A DNA stretch of 53,753 bases, the filler included, from Jimgerdemannia flammicorona (taxonomy: Eukaryota): the NCBI GenBank assembly GCA_003990765.1. It is 3 parts of 3 records of this genome, joined end to end, with 100 filler letters (N's around TTAATTAATTAA, not from the genome) between each part and the next. Parts side by side here need not be neighbours in the genome. Positions count along the whole stretch, not along the records: positions 1 to 17,854 come from RBNJ01002383.1; 2 more parts are not named here. The stretch is one strand, 5' to 3'. A program made the translations under genes and the position numbers. How positions within the stretch are numbered: the first letter of the stretch is position 1; each line of letters opens with the position of its first letter. Below are positions 1 through 13,500 of the stretch, in pieces. The notes beneath the pieces were generated by a model. The model did no database searches. It was not told the DNA's origin and saw nothing but the letters and a program-made list of their open reading frames with translations.

Positions 1-14
1 TACAGGATTCACAC

Positions 15-1988
15 GTGAATATCGAGAAGACGACTACGATTACACATATGCTTCCGGGAACGCCCCCGGCAATCAACCTTACGCCTCCGGCGGCCAGTAC
101 TACGCCTCCGGCGAGTCCTCCGGTCACACCCCTGAAGACACTCTCGAAAATGTCACCTATCCCGGCGAGGATTCATTCGCCACCTCCTGGACCGAGGATA
201 ACTGAGATAAGGGATAGTGATGACGAGACTAGCGAAGCGGAGACGATTCTCCCATCTACGAAAGGTAAACAAAAGTGCAAATCCAGGACATTGGATACGG
301 ATCTAGGAGACTATTGGAATGTTCCGAAGACCCAACGCAAGCATCACGTGAACTACGCTTGCGAGTGCGCATACTTGACAACGGTGGATCCACGATCATA
401 TGACGAAGCTGTATCCTCCCCTGATAGCAAGGAGTGGAAGCGAGCGATGGATGAAGAGTATAATTCGCTCATCAGCAATGGTACTTGGGATCTAGTACCT
501 CTTCCGAGGGATCGTCAAGCTATAGGATCTCGTTGGGTATATAAAGTTAAGCGTCAAAGCGATGGAAGCATAGAGCGGTACAAGGCACGCTTCGTTGCTA
601 AGGGATATTCACAGGATTACAGCATAGACTATGACGAGACGTTCTCTCCCATATTCAAGCTCACTTCTCTATGCATACTACTGGCTATCGGCGCCGAGTA
701 CGATTACGAAATACAGCAGATGGACATTAAGACTGCGTTCCTGAACGGTGATGTAGATACAGAACTATACGTCCAACAGCCGCAAGGATACGAACTATAC
801 GACAGGCGGAAAGAGCTCGTATGCAAACTACATAAAGGGTTATATGGAATCAAGCAAGCGGCGAGACTATGGAATCGGAAGATCGATCAATATCTGCTTG
901 ACAACGGATTTCGGCGGTGTGAAGCGGATCCATGCATATATACGCAACATACATCCTCAGGAATGGTATACTTGGGGATATGGGTCGATGACATCATAAT
1001 CGTTGGCAAGAGGAGCCAAGTTAACGAAGTAAAAGCTACGCTACGCCAGGAATTCGAGATGACGGACTTAGGTGACGCGTCCTTCTTATTGGGGATAGCG
1101 ATTACACATGACAGAAATGAGCGTGCTATATACCTATCCCAAGCCACCTACGCTAAGCAAGTACTTGAACGATTCAGGATGAGCGATTGTAAGCCAGTGG
1201 CGATGCCAATGGAAACTACGACAAGGCTAAGGAAAAGTGACCCTATGCCCGACAAGAACATCCCCTATAGACAAGCGGTTGGATCCCTTATGTATCTTAT
1301 GTAAGGAACGCGACCAGACATCTCCTATACAGTAAACAAAGTGGCGCAGTACGCCTCATGCTATGACAACTCGCATTGGACGGCAATTAAGCGCATATTC
1401 AGGTATATCAAAGGAACAGCGGACTATACGCTCAGTTTGGGCAGTGATAAAGGACAAAGCGGGAGTCACGTGCGTGTCTCTGGAGCTTGCGACGCCGATT
1501 GGGCCGGCGACCTCGACGACCGGCACTCTACGACTGGATATCTCTTCCATATCGGCAAAGGGGTTATCTCGTGGCAAACACGTAAGCAATCATCAGTGGC
1601 CACATCCTCTACGCAAGCGGAATATCAAGTGTTGTCCACAGCAACTAAGGAAGCCGTATGGCTACGGAAATTACTAAAAGAATTAGGGTATACTCAGGAA
1701 CGAGACTCTACGCTGATCTTACAGGATAATCAATCTACAATTGCATTAGCAAAGAACCCTATACATCATGCAAGGACTAAGCATATCGACATTCAACATC
1801 ATTATATACGCGAATGCGTGAAAAACAGTACTATATGCCTGGAATATACGCCAACGGAGTCTATGACGGCGGATTCTCTTACGAAGGCCCTTCCGAGGCC
1901 AAAATTCGAACACTGCGTGCAAGGGATGTGTCTTATGAGCAACCCTACGCTACGGCCAGGATTCAGGGACCACCAACAACAACAATAA
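15..1988 (+). pseudogene. pol: Copia pol: reverse transcriptase plus RNase H, with one in-frame stop
   Basis: Motifs RWVYKVK, YKARFVAKGYSQ, QMDIKTAFLNG, LYGIKQA, IWVDD, DADWAGD, TKHIDIQHHYIRE. TAA at 1302-1304 interrupts YLM*GTRPDI without a frame change. Confidence 0.95.
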
Positions 1989-2326
1989 TCGACGCAAATC
2001 ACAAGACTTTCCTAATGGTGAAAAGCCTCCAATATATACATCTTACATCCCCTATGAACATTGCACATCCGTACTGCATTTCTATTTGCAAGCAAGCAAG
2101 CAAACATTTCAAGTAGACATCCATTTCGGACATTCGGACTGTTTATCAGTTCCTAGCGCACCCTTTCTACTACGTATTCTACCTATTTTAGTGCTTAGAA
2201 GCAGGGAATTCGGACATTTTTAGGTTGATAGATAGCACCCATTCTATCTATCGTTTCCTGCATTGCATTCATTAGTTAGTTAGCATGCATTTCTGCAGTT
2301 TGAGCGCATATCTTGTTGAGCGGGAG

Positions 2327-2489
2327 TGTTGAGATTTCTAGCTAATCAACTCGGTATGTAGCTCACGTGAAGGTGGCGCAGCTCACGTGTGAGGACGTCA
2401 TCAGTGGAAACGTCATCAACGCGTAAATACGCGCTTCGCACATATCAATAAAGATTGCTCCTTTATCCCTCAAATTCCAGTATTTCACA
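2327..2489 (+). repeat. Copia 3' LTR (~163 bp)
   Basis: PPT GAGCGGGAG at 2318-2326, then TGTTGAGA...TTTCACA with an internal AATAAA. Confidence 0.75.
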
Positions 2490-4638
2490 ATAGATATATC
2501 AGATATCTCTACTGATTCATTATCACTAATAAGTAAGAGAAAAAAAATAAAAACAAACCTAGTGATAACTAGGTATAGAATCATATTATAAAAGTAGTTT
2601 TATATATTATGCTAATAATTATAGTTACAAGAGTAATTGGTCTCATCAGTTATAAGAGTAGTTGGTCATCAGTTATAAGTATAATTAGTTATAAGCAGTT
2701 GAGATTCTAATATAGTATCATATCTCTCTATTCAAATAGAATTTATAAAGTAAGCTTATTAGTTACAACTATTATATGACTTAGAGCTATATATAGGCAA
2801 TATCAATAATCTTAAATAATATCTCTAAAAGTATTATAATACTATACTCTTATCTCTCTAGCATACTAAGAATTCTTGCTAATCTAAGAAAGATGATACT
2901 ATGAGTATAGATAGAATGGAATTCAGAAAGTATTTAGGAGGTTAATAGAAAAATAATTCATCAAATTTTATTATTATAAATAGGAATACACTAGTAAGAC
3001 TTTAAGTAATGAAAATTTCTATTAATTGATTGCTAACTTCATTATCACTGGGTATCAGCTATTCTCCACTATTAAAAACTCTGGCTTCAAGTATCTCTTT
3101 TATATATTACATTCTAATCTGGCTCTTCTATTGGCTAATATGATTTTATGAGTTATTTAAAAAAAAATTGAACTATTATAGACTTAAGTAAAAGCAAGAC
3201 TAGTAGGGTTTAAGTCAAAGGTATCACTTATACTTAATTGTTGAATATTGAATATTAATATCAAGGTCTTCTTTAGAATAATAGTCTATTAAATTGATAG
3301 TGATTGAAAGATATATAATATTATCTTAGACTTTGTAAATATTAGCAAAATAATATACATGAGTGCCAATCTTGCAAAGAGCCTAGAGCTGGTAATAGAT
3401 GATTTATTATCTAGTAATAATTAAATCATTGCTGTCATATATGATAATACTAGTAACAATAATACTTTATTTGAGAATCTCTATCATCTGCTTACTCATA
3501 TTCACTATTTAGATATATGTTGAATATTGTCATTTATAATACTCTTAGTTCTCTTAGTAAGCTCATTAGAAAGCTATGAGAGTTGATAAAGAATATTAAA
3601 AATTCAGTACAATAATAAGCATAACTAGCAAAAATTTATGAATTCTCTAGAATTTCCATTTTGAAGTCTCTTTTAAATATTATTACAAGATAGAGTTCTA
3701 TATATAAAATATTAACATGTGCTCTGAAGATTCATAAGGTAAGATTTTGAATCTATTTGTATAGATTTTAGAATATAATTCAGAAGTATTTTGGTACTAA
3801 ATAAATTAATATTATATCCAAATAGAGTTTATATATATTGTATACTATAGATAAGTAAATAAGTAATATATCTGAAGATATATAGCAATAGTTTAAATTG
3901 GATTTATTGATTTCTCAAGTCTTTTGCCAAAGTGACAACTATAATATCAGCTTTAAAGTATTTGATAATAGTGGCTATTATCTCACTATTTAATTAACTA
4001 TATAATTATCTCAAAGATATCATTGATATATATTGAACTAGTGAATATTTTAAGCAGATATATATATTTTTTTATAGATAATACTTACTGCTACTGAAAA
4101 TATATATATAAAACTTCTAAAGTATTACTATAAGATAATACCATTATATAGTATAGCTTTGGCCTTAGATCTATATATCAATATATATAATTTTTATTAT
4201 GAGTAATAGAAAAAATCTTTAATTGATAAATGGAAGAATCAAATAGAATATATCTGAAAAAAGGAATATAAGCCTGTTAATACTATTATTATACTCTCAA
4301 TATCTCATGATACTAATAATTTTATCAATTTAATATATAAGAAGAAATAGTGTATTAATAGATAATGAGCTTAAATAGTAGATATTGTTATTATATTTTT
4401 TAATTGACTTAATTGATTTTTACTCATATTTCTCTATTTTAGTTATTTGTTAGAGAATCCAGCTAATCCTCTTATAGATATACTGGATTGGTGATAGCAA
4501 AATCAGTCAGTATATCCTAATCTTTCATAAATAGCTCATAATTATCTTGTTATTTTAATAATATCTGTTCTATCTAAATATATTTTTTTTATTACTGATG
4601 AGCTAATAACTAAATATCAAAACAGCTTATGTATAAAT

Positions 4639-4673
<35 letters not shown>

Positions 4674-5068
4674 AAATTCTTAGTAATCTTCAGATATTTT
4701 TTACTTCCAATTACTCTAAATATTATCTAAATATTATTTAAATTATTTTTTCAAAGTAGAGTTTAGAGAGTTGGATTCAGGATTAAGTTAAGAAGTCAGG
4801 TTCAGGGTCAAATTTAGGGGTCAGGTTTAGAGTTAAGTTCAGAGATCAGATTCAGAGTTAGGTTTAGAGTAAATAATAGATTGGATTAAAGTCAAATAAT
4901 ATATATTTTCAAGTTAAGTTAAAGATAAGTGATATATAATTTTGAATCCATTTAAAGATAGGTAATATATAATTCTGAGTTAGGTTAAAGATGGATAATA
5001 TCAAATTCTGGATTGGCTGTTTTATGGGTCAGGTTTCAGATTAATTGGGTTAGGTTTGCAGAGCACTA
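2490..5068 (+). mobile_element. Highly decayed hAT DNA transposon with right end
   Basis: Relic dimerisation domain near 4485-4590 (DW**QNQSVYPNLS*IAHNYLVILIISVLSKYIF). DNTSNN-like motif near 3440. GGGTCAGGTT-like subterminal repeats at 4760-5060 end in the TIR GAGCACTA at 5068. Confidence 0.8.
4642..4671. repeat. (TA)n microsatellite
   Basis: Run of TA dinucleotides. Confidence 0.9.
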
Positions 5069-6080
5069 GATATCAGTCATTCTTCACTATTTAAAACTCT
5101 GGTTTTAAGTATTTTTTTCATATATTATACTCTGATTTGGTTCTTCTATTGACTGATATAATTTTACAAGTTATTCAAATTATTGTAAACTCAAGTAAAA
5201 GTAAGACTAGTAAGGCTCAAGTTAAAAGTATTACTTATACTTAATTGTTAGATATTAGACATTAATATTAAGATTTTTTTTGGAATAACAGCTTATTGAA
5301 TTGATAGTAATTGAAATATATATAATATTATCTTAGACTTTGTGAATATCAGTAAAGTAATATATATAGATACTATTTTTGTAAAGAGCCTAGAGCTGGT
5401 AATAGATAATTTATTATCTAGTAATAATCAAATTATTACTGTTATATATGATAATATCAGTAATAATAATACTCTGTTTGAGAATTTCTATTATCTACTT
5501 GCTCATATATATATACTATTTCAGATATATATTAAATCATATTATTTATGATACTCTTGGTTCTCTTAATAAGCCTATTGAAAAGCTATGAGAGTTGATA
5601 AAGAAGATAAAAAATTCAGTATAATAATAAGCACAACTGGCAAAAGTCTGTAAATTCTCTAGAATTTCCATTTTGAAGCCTCTTTTAGATATTATGATAA
5701 GATAGAATTCAATATATAAAATGTTAACATATACTCTGGCAATTCATAAGATAAGATTTGAAACCTATTTGTATAAATTTTGGAATTTAATTTGAAAGTA
5801 TTTTGGTACTAAATAAATTAATATTATATTCAAATAGGGTTTGAATATATTATATACTATAGATAAGTAATGAAGTAATATATCTGAAGATATATAGAAA
5901 TAATTTGAATTGATTTGCCAATTTCTCAAATCTTTTATCAAAGTGACAACTATAATGTCAGCTTTGAAGTATTCTACAATAGTAGCTATTATGTTACTAT
6001 TTAATTAACTATGTAATTACCTTGAATATATTATTAATATATATTAAACTGATGAACATTTTAATCAGATAAATATATGA
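5069..6080 (+). mobile_element. Second decayed hAT transposase fragment of the same family
   Basis: Aligns by eye with ~3052-4060 and begins mid-transposase immediately after the TIR at 5068. Confidence 0.8.
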
Positions 6081-6147
6081 TTTTGAAAGTAATTTTATTT
6101 ATAAATTTAGAAACTAATTTAGTAAGTAATTAGAAAGTAATATATAT

Positions 6148-7246
6148 TGTAATATATCTGGCTCAATGAAGACAAATTACAAGATTGGGAGTTGGTGTAG
6201 TTTGGCTTAAGCCTTTAGTTACTTTGTCAAAAAGTAACTAAATATTTGATAATTTCTAAGATCCTTAATATTTATAGTATAATAGTCAATCTGGATATAA
6301 TGGTCAAATTTTTTATTGAGATGGTTCTTGGATATAGTAGTGATTTTATATAGCAGTCTCTGTGTGATATGATGAATTCTTTATATATGTGATTTTTATA
6401 TGGTAATCTTATATAGCATAACAATCTCTATATAGTATAAGTGGACTCTTTATATAATTTTTTTGTGATGATTATATTTCTAAATATATATGATTTCTAG
6501 TGGAATAATCTTGGCAGTATTCCTTATATAGATTTGGTAGATAACTTGATTTGACTTATAACTCAGTTTGATAGATAACTTGGTTTGGTATAGATTCTTC
6601 TAAATCAGTGGCTCTCTGGGAATATCAGATAATCTGATAACTCAAATAACTTGAGTAACTCAGAAAATGATATAGTTGAATAACTTGAATAACTCAGTTT
6701 TGGTAAAAAAAACTCGAAATAATAGATAATACAGATTCTTTCTAGATTGGCAGCTTCTGGGAAATAACTTAGATAGTGTAGATTCTTAGTAAGTTATATC
6801 AAAGACTGGCTTTATTTGCATGAGGTTATATTGTAGACTAGCTCTACTATAAAGTTATATCAGATAGACTGACTTGGTGATAAGAATCAGGCTCTCTAAG
6901 AATAGCAAATGACATAGATTCTTTCTGAATCAGTGGACTTCTCTTGATAATAACTTGGATTCTCTGCTCTTAGTAAAATTATATTAAAGACTAACTTCAT
7001 TTGTACAAACAAGTTCACTGTGAAGTTATATTGAAAGACTGACTTTGTTGCAAGATAGTGGACTTCTTGAAAATGGTAGCTCTTTCTTGAGTAGTAGATT
7101 TAATCAAATTCTTCAGACTTATCTAGTAAGTATAATAATCAATCTTTATATTGAAAAGTAGACTAGAGTAAAAAGAGAGGCTGTTGCTTTAGATTTAATT
7201 TTAAACTGAAGTTTATTCACTCTTATCTCTGAGGTATTTTATATAG
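6148..7246 (-). repeat. Decayed LTR of an older minus-strand copy of Ty3 family A
   Basis: Reverse complement of the 7247-8449 LTR: 6148 TGTAATATATCTGGCTCAATG matches the LTR end, and GTTTATTCACT near 7211 matches AGTGAATAAAC. Confidence 0.85.
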
Positions 7247-8449
7247 TATGATAAACCAAAACATACCACCTGAATTATACCTTAACCAGATGACGTCAAC
7301 ATACAGCATAGTAACCAGCAACCATTGCTGCAGAAAACTGTATAAATAGCCAGACATACCAGAAAGGGTCTGTTTACCTGTACAGACTCTATACACCTGC
7401 CATAAGTAGCAGATCTATAGTTAGCCACATAGTAACCAGATAGCAACCAACTTGTATAAATTACTCCAGAGATAAAAGTGAATAAACCTCAGTCCGAAAT
7501 TGAAGCAAAAGATAAGTCTGCCTACCACACTTCAAGAGGAACTCTACAGCCACTATTAGGAGATTATGAGCTTATTTCCCCCACTCTGGTCCACTTTCCA
7601 ATACAAAGAATGAGTCCATTTTGAAGAGAAACTCTTGGTTCGCTTGCCAGATAAGCCTGAAGAATCCCAGTTTGCTGCCAAGTTCAAGAAAGAACTTCAC
7701 CATCATTTCTCAGCTATCTGCCATATCTCCAGAAGAGCCTGCCTTTCTTGCCACAAGCCAGTCTTTCTGATGCAACTTCCCAGTAGAGCCAGTCTATGAT
7801 GTAACCCCATACAAACGAAGCCAGTCTTTGATGTAACTTGCCAAGAATCTGAGTTATTTCCCAGAAAATCTGTGACATCTGAGTTATCTGAATTATCCAC
7901 ACCATCCAAATAAGTATTCTCAGTTGAAGCTGATTCAGAAGAATCTGCATCATCTGAGTTATCTACACCATCTAAGTTATTCATTATTCCCAGTAAGTCT
8001 GAGTTATCAAGTTATCCATTGTTAGCATTATTTCCAGTAAGGTGAATCTATGCGATATAATTTCCAGTGAGCCAAATTAAGTTATCTGCCAAAATTATCA
8101 GAACATCCTGCATAAGGAACCCATTTGCGCTATACAGAGATTGACACACAGAAATTGCATAAGGAGAACTGCTAAATTGCCAGACTGTCATACTATACAA
8201 ATTCCACCATTCCCAGTTAACCCAAGAAGGAAACCCATTCACACACAAATCGCCGCTACACCCAGAGAACTGTCCCAATAAGGAAATCACTCGCAGATAT
8301 CCAGCTTTGACTATTATACCACTAAACACTAAGAACCTCAGGAATCTTAGAACATTTTGTTGCTTTTTGACAAAGTAACTGGGGGCTCAAGCCAAACTAC
8401 ATCAACCCCCAACCTTGTAATTTGCCTCCATTGAGCTGGGTATATTACA
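7247..8449 (+). repeat. 5' LTR of Ty3 A
   Basis: TATGATAAACC (TGTGACAAACC in the 3' copy)...TATTACA. TATAAA near 7341 and 7455, AATAAA at 7481. Confidence 0.9.
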
Positions 8450-8450
8450 T

Positions 8451-8468
8451 TTGGGGGCTCAACTGGGA
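8451..8468 (+). promoter_or_regulatory. Primer binding site, tRNA-Pro-like
   Basis: TGGGGGCTCAACTGGGA directly after the LTR resembles the complement of the tRNA-Pro 3' end (TGGGGGCTCGTCCGGGA). Confidence 0.75.
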
Positions 8469-8499
8469 AGATTTCAAATCGACATGACTTTTCAGCTCA

Positions 8500-10530
8500 C
8501 AAGAACCTACAGTCAAACTGGATACATTTGATAAAACACCAACCTCTACCACTATAGGAGAACCAGTCATCACTAGCATTTGGACAGGAAGAGAAGTAAT
8601 CACATTAAGACTTGCCAACTACCCAGTATCAGAAGGATCCCAACCAGAAGCAGGAGGCAGTACAGCCCAAAATCCCCAACCAGATCAACCAGATAATATA
8701 GGCAGCTCTACTAGAGATTTTAGAGAACTTGCACAAGAACTAGAAGATCTTATTACATGAACCCAAGACCTTACAGCCAGATGCCCCACACCAGTCCCAC
8801 CAATCTCACCAATAGAACCTTTACCACAACCCCTTACAGAGTCAGAAGTACCCCCTACAAGAATACCTAGGTCCATTCCATCTCATCTAAGGTCCAGAAC
8901 ACCATCCTCAAGATACCCAAGCACCTCCATCCCTAGTGACAGTTCAGAAAGTAAATTAGAATCAGAATCTGAACTTGAACTAGAATCAGAAGAAAGTGAT
9001 AATGAAATGGCCACCTCATTGCCAACCTTTGCAGGATACCCAGAGGAAGACCCCAGAGAATTCCTTGATGGAATTGAAGGAATTGCAGCTCTAAGGAATC
9101 TTTCAGATGAAAGAAAAATTGCCATCTACAAGGCCCAGCTCAGAGAACCAGCCAGAGAAATTTTCTATCAAACAGCAGCTGACCAAGATTCAGAACTGGC
9201 AAGACAGATATGAGCAGCAATGTCTGATGAGCTAGAATATATGGCCATGGTCCACGGGCTCATTGAAAAGTATGCAGGAAATGAAACCCACTACAAGGCT
9301 CAAGAATCTATTATGAGGATGAAGATGAATCTTGGAGAATCACCCAGAGCCTTCTTCACAAGAATCTAGAAGAGAATGTATGCTGTCAGGTTCAATGCCA
9401 CCAACTAGGACATCATAGGTCCAATGACCTTCATGAATGGAATTCCCCCAAACATTGCCCAGTATATCCACACTCTAGACATCAGAAGGTCTGAAGAGCA
9501 AGTAGATGCAGCCCAAGGATTCTTTGATGTCAGACAAGGAACTACCTGGAGTGATCATGACAGAAAAGAAGAGAAAGAAGACATCCTGGTCAAAGCCCTA
9601 CAAGGACTCCTTCAAGGATAAGAAAGATCCAAAGAAAGGAGGCCAGCCAAGGAAGGAAAGAAAGACAGAAATAGAATTGAAGACCTCAGCTCTAAGTTGG
9701 ACTGATTGGTTGGACAGATTGAAAAACTTACTATACATGAAAATCAAAGCTATCTAGACAATAGAGAATACTCACCACAGAGGAGCCAAGGTTATCTATC
9801 AAGAGATAACAGGAATTACCAGCAAGAAGAAAGAAGGTTCCCTGTCCAAAACAGAGCCCAAGTCCAATACTTCCACTGTGGACAATTTGGACACTATGCC
9901 ACTGAATGTGACAACAAAAGAAGTGACCAAAGGGACTCAGAACCAGCAAACTGAAGGAATGACACTCAGTACAAGAAGACTGAAGCCCATCCTGTTGAAG
10001 ATTTCGAGGAAACAAGCAGTAGTGAAGACTACAGTGACCTAGACATGTACCCTACCAAGGTTACCATCCAAAAGACAGTCTACCCAGCAGAAAAAAGGAA
10101 GAGACCTGTAAGAAGGCCATTCAGGAACATCAGCAGAAGAATCATCTAAGAAGAAGACGAAGAATATAAGGAGGAACAAGTAGAAATACCTCCCTGAACC
10201 CCCTCACCTTTTATTCCTGAGACAAATGAGTTGCTACCAGAAGATGAAGAAATAGAACAAGAAGAACAGAAACCTGCTGCTCCAAAGCCTAAGAAGAAGT
10301 GCACTCCGAAGACCATACCTAGAGACATTTACAATGAAGCCTGGCAGAAGATTCAAGAAGTCAAGATGGAAGTCCCTCTCTTGCAGTTCTTGTAACTGAT
10401 ACCAGCTAAAGTCCAAAACAAATTGCTGAGAACCACCAGGTCTAGTACTGGCTGAGTTCCAATCCCACAGCAAGAACCAGCTTCCATCGCTGTGCAAGCA
10501 GCTGAAAGATATATCAGCACCTACTTACAT
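8500..10530 (+). pseudogene. gag: Ty3 A gag with zinc knuckle
   Basis: LPTFAGYPEEDPREFL capsid-like start near 9020 and (Y)FHCGQFGHYATEC near 9870-9910. Boundaries approximate. Confidence 0.8.
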
Positions 10531-13500
10531 GGAGATATTGGAGGACAAAAAGCAAAAATCCTCATAGACACAGGAGCAGCTGTCTGTGTCATTGCCAAAT
10601 GATTCTTAGATACCCTCCAATGGCCCATTGATGGACTATCTAACCTCAGCATCATAGTAGCAGATGGAGCCCAAACTCAGCCCCTTGAAGAAGTATGAAA
10701 TACCACCATATCTCTTAGACACATTCAGTTCTCCATCTCCAAAGCTGTTGTCACTGAAGCTATCACCTATGATATGATTCTTGGCACCAACTGGATGAAA
10801 GAAATGAATGCAGTTGTTAATATCAGCCAACAAGTACTCAAGTTTGATTACCAAGGAAAAAAGTATAGAGTTAAAGTGATCAGCTATAAGCAATCAAAGA
10901 AGAAGAAGAAGGTCACTATTCAGGAAGAGTATGCTAGCAGTGAAGAATCCACCACAGAAGAAGAGGAAGAATCTGAAGATGGAAATAATCCCAGACTCAA
11001 TCCCCGAATCAATCTGGTGGATGGCAGACCAGAAGACAATGTGTGGGCTAAGAACACTATTCTCATCACCATTGGAGCCATTGCAGGAGAAGCCAAAGGA
11101 TGTCCTATCTGCCTCAAGAGACACAAGTGTCCTGAACACTCCTCCAAGATCATGGGAACAAGGAAATCACCTGGCACAGTCTGCCCAGAGTATAGAAGGA
11201 AGAAGAAAAAATGCAGACATATTCCAGAAACACCTGCAACTGAGGCTGCAGAAGTACAGACAATTTGGGGTCAAGAATTGTCCAAGGAAGAAGAAACTTC
11301 TGATCAAGAAGTCTCTGAACAAGAAGCATCTGAAGAAGAAAAGATTCCTGAACTCATTCCTTAGGATGACCCTTACTGGACACCACCTGAAGACAATGAC
11401 CCTTGGAATACAGAAGAAGGACCCAGTATAATCACCATTATTCCTAAGAAAGAAACTCACCAAGAAAAGGCTTTTCGGCTAGGAAGATGTCTACACCAAA
11501 TGGTCTTCCACTCTCTCCAAGACTACTGCTATCAGTGTCATCTGTTGGACCAATAAGAAAGATAGAGACTCCAGAGACCAGAACCCCCAACTACTCTTAC
11601 ACAGTCTACCACCTTTCAACACCACAAGGTTATAAAGTCGATTTAGGGGACAAGGCTTCTTCACCTGAACAGAAATATACCCCTTGTCTACCCTTCCCCC
11701 TACCTATGATCAAGATGGGTACTAATTCCCAAGACAATAAGAGATAAATAGCTGGGAACATCATTTTCGGGTAATGGGATATTGCAACTATGGGAGACAC
11801 CCTGACTGCTGAGACTGCAGACATCAGAAGATTCACCTCAGTCACAATGTTACAGTACACACTTTGAAGAAAGGAGATAACCAAAGCCAGATCTGAAAAA
11901 GCCAGATTCGAAAAAGACCAAGAAGCCCAGAAAAAGAATTCTCAAGATCTATGATTTGGGAGAAGACATCCTAGCCCTCATCAGACATACAATCCACCAA
12001 GGATGGGCAGAAGATGTCACCAACTTCATGAAGGCCCTTGACCCTATAGGAAGGAGGGGAATCAACTATCTCTGAGACTCCTCTACTGGAGCCAGATGGC
12101 CACATCTCAACCTTAGAGCTTGGAGGCTTTCTGCTAGTGGAGCTTCAGCCTTAGGAAAGCCCGAACTCAGCAAGGATATTGCCCAGTATGCCCTGCTGCA
12201 CCCCAAGGCCAAACCCCCAACCAAAGCCCACCCAGAGAATGTAGGATATAATCTTCACAGTCTGGAGGATGAATCCATCAAGTCTGGAAAAACCTTCATG
12301 ATCAGAACCAAATTAGCCATGCAGTCACCCCAAGGAGCTTATATTCAACTGACCTCAAGGTCTAGACTTGCTAGACAAGGAATAACTGTAGAAGAAGAAA
12401 TCATTGACTCTGGATATACAGGCAAATTCAAGGTTATCCTATATAACAGCAGTATAGAATGGCACTGAATCATTAGAGGACAGAAGATTGCCCAAGCAGT
12501 CTTCATGAAGGTCAAAACTCCACAGTTACAGGAAGTCTCTGAACTAACTGAAGAAACAAGACAAGCTAAGGGATTTGGAAGTTCAGACAGGAAGGAGGTA
12601 CATCTCCTTCAAGTCAACCACCTCAAGAGGAATGTTCCCAGCAAGTGTACTGGCAACCAGTCAGACTGCACAAGAATCTCATCCTGGAGCCCAAAGAACA
12701 AACTACCTTCGAAATCTTTGCACCACCTGACTCCAGAAACCTTTTCTTTGAACCAAAGGAAGATATCCTACATCTGGACATAGAAGGACACACATTCCCT
12801 GACAAGATGAACCCAGTACACTTTCGAGCAACCAACCAAAGTTGGGAGACCATCATCCTGCTGAAAGGAATCATCATAGGACATCTGGTGTCTTTTCTCA
12901 ACCAAACTCATAGGGAAGTTTATGAACTAAATCTATCAGGAAATGGCAAAAGGTTCCAGAAGAAAGAAAAGGCCCCTCTGCGACCCAGGAGACAGTGAAG
13001 CCTTCCACCAACATTGGAGAAGAATTGACACCTCAACAATAGCAACAACTAGTAGAACTTCTCAACAAATATCAAGATATCTTCACCACCAATTATGGCA
13101 ACCTGCCATACAACCCATCATATCACTACAGCATAAATACAGAAAGTGCAACACCCATCCAGCAGAAACCCTATAGAATACTCCACCACTTGAAAACATT
13201 CGAAAGAGAGCACATTCAAGAACTCTTAGACAATAGAGTCATCTGACCCTCTACCAGCCCTTGGGCTAGCCCTATACTTATTGTACCAAAGAAAGGAGGA
13301 TGGAGACTCTGCATGAATTACAGGAAACTCAATTCAGTTACCAAAAAGGATACCTATCCTCTGCCCAGAATAGATGACCTTTTGGACCAATTATAAGATG
13401 CCAGATACTTCAGCAGTATGGACCTCTTCACAGGATTCCATGAGATTCCCATGGACCCCAAAGACATTCAAAAGACAGCCTTCCTCACTCTAGAAAAACT

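Larger units (their letters stand above)
1..2489 (+). mobile_element. Ty1/copia LTR retrotransposon, 3' part (RT, RNase H, PPT, 3' LTR)
   Basis: Copia RT and RNase H motifs, followed by a purine tract and a TG...CA LTR. CpG-rich sequence switches abruptly to AT-rich sequence at 2490. Confidence 0.95.

Noticed and set aside
1302..1304. Programmed stop readthrough in copia pol
   Set aside because: The stop is inside a conserved RT-RNase H linker motif, and a point mutation is simpler.
12645..12900. Second dUTPase in Ty3 A
   Set aside because: Only a weak beta-rich resemblance (LLKGIIIGHL), with no catalytic motifs.
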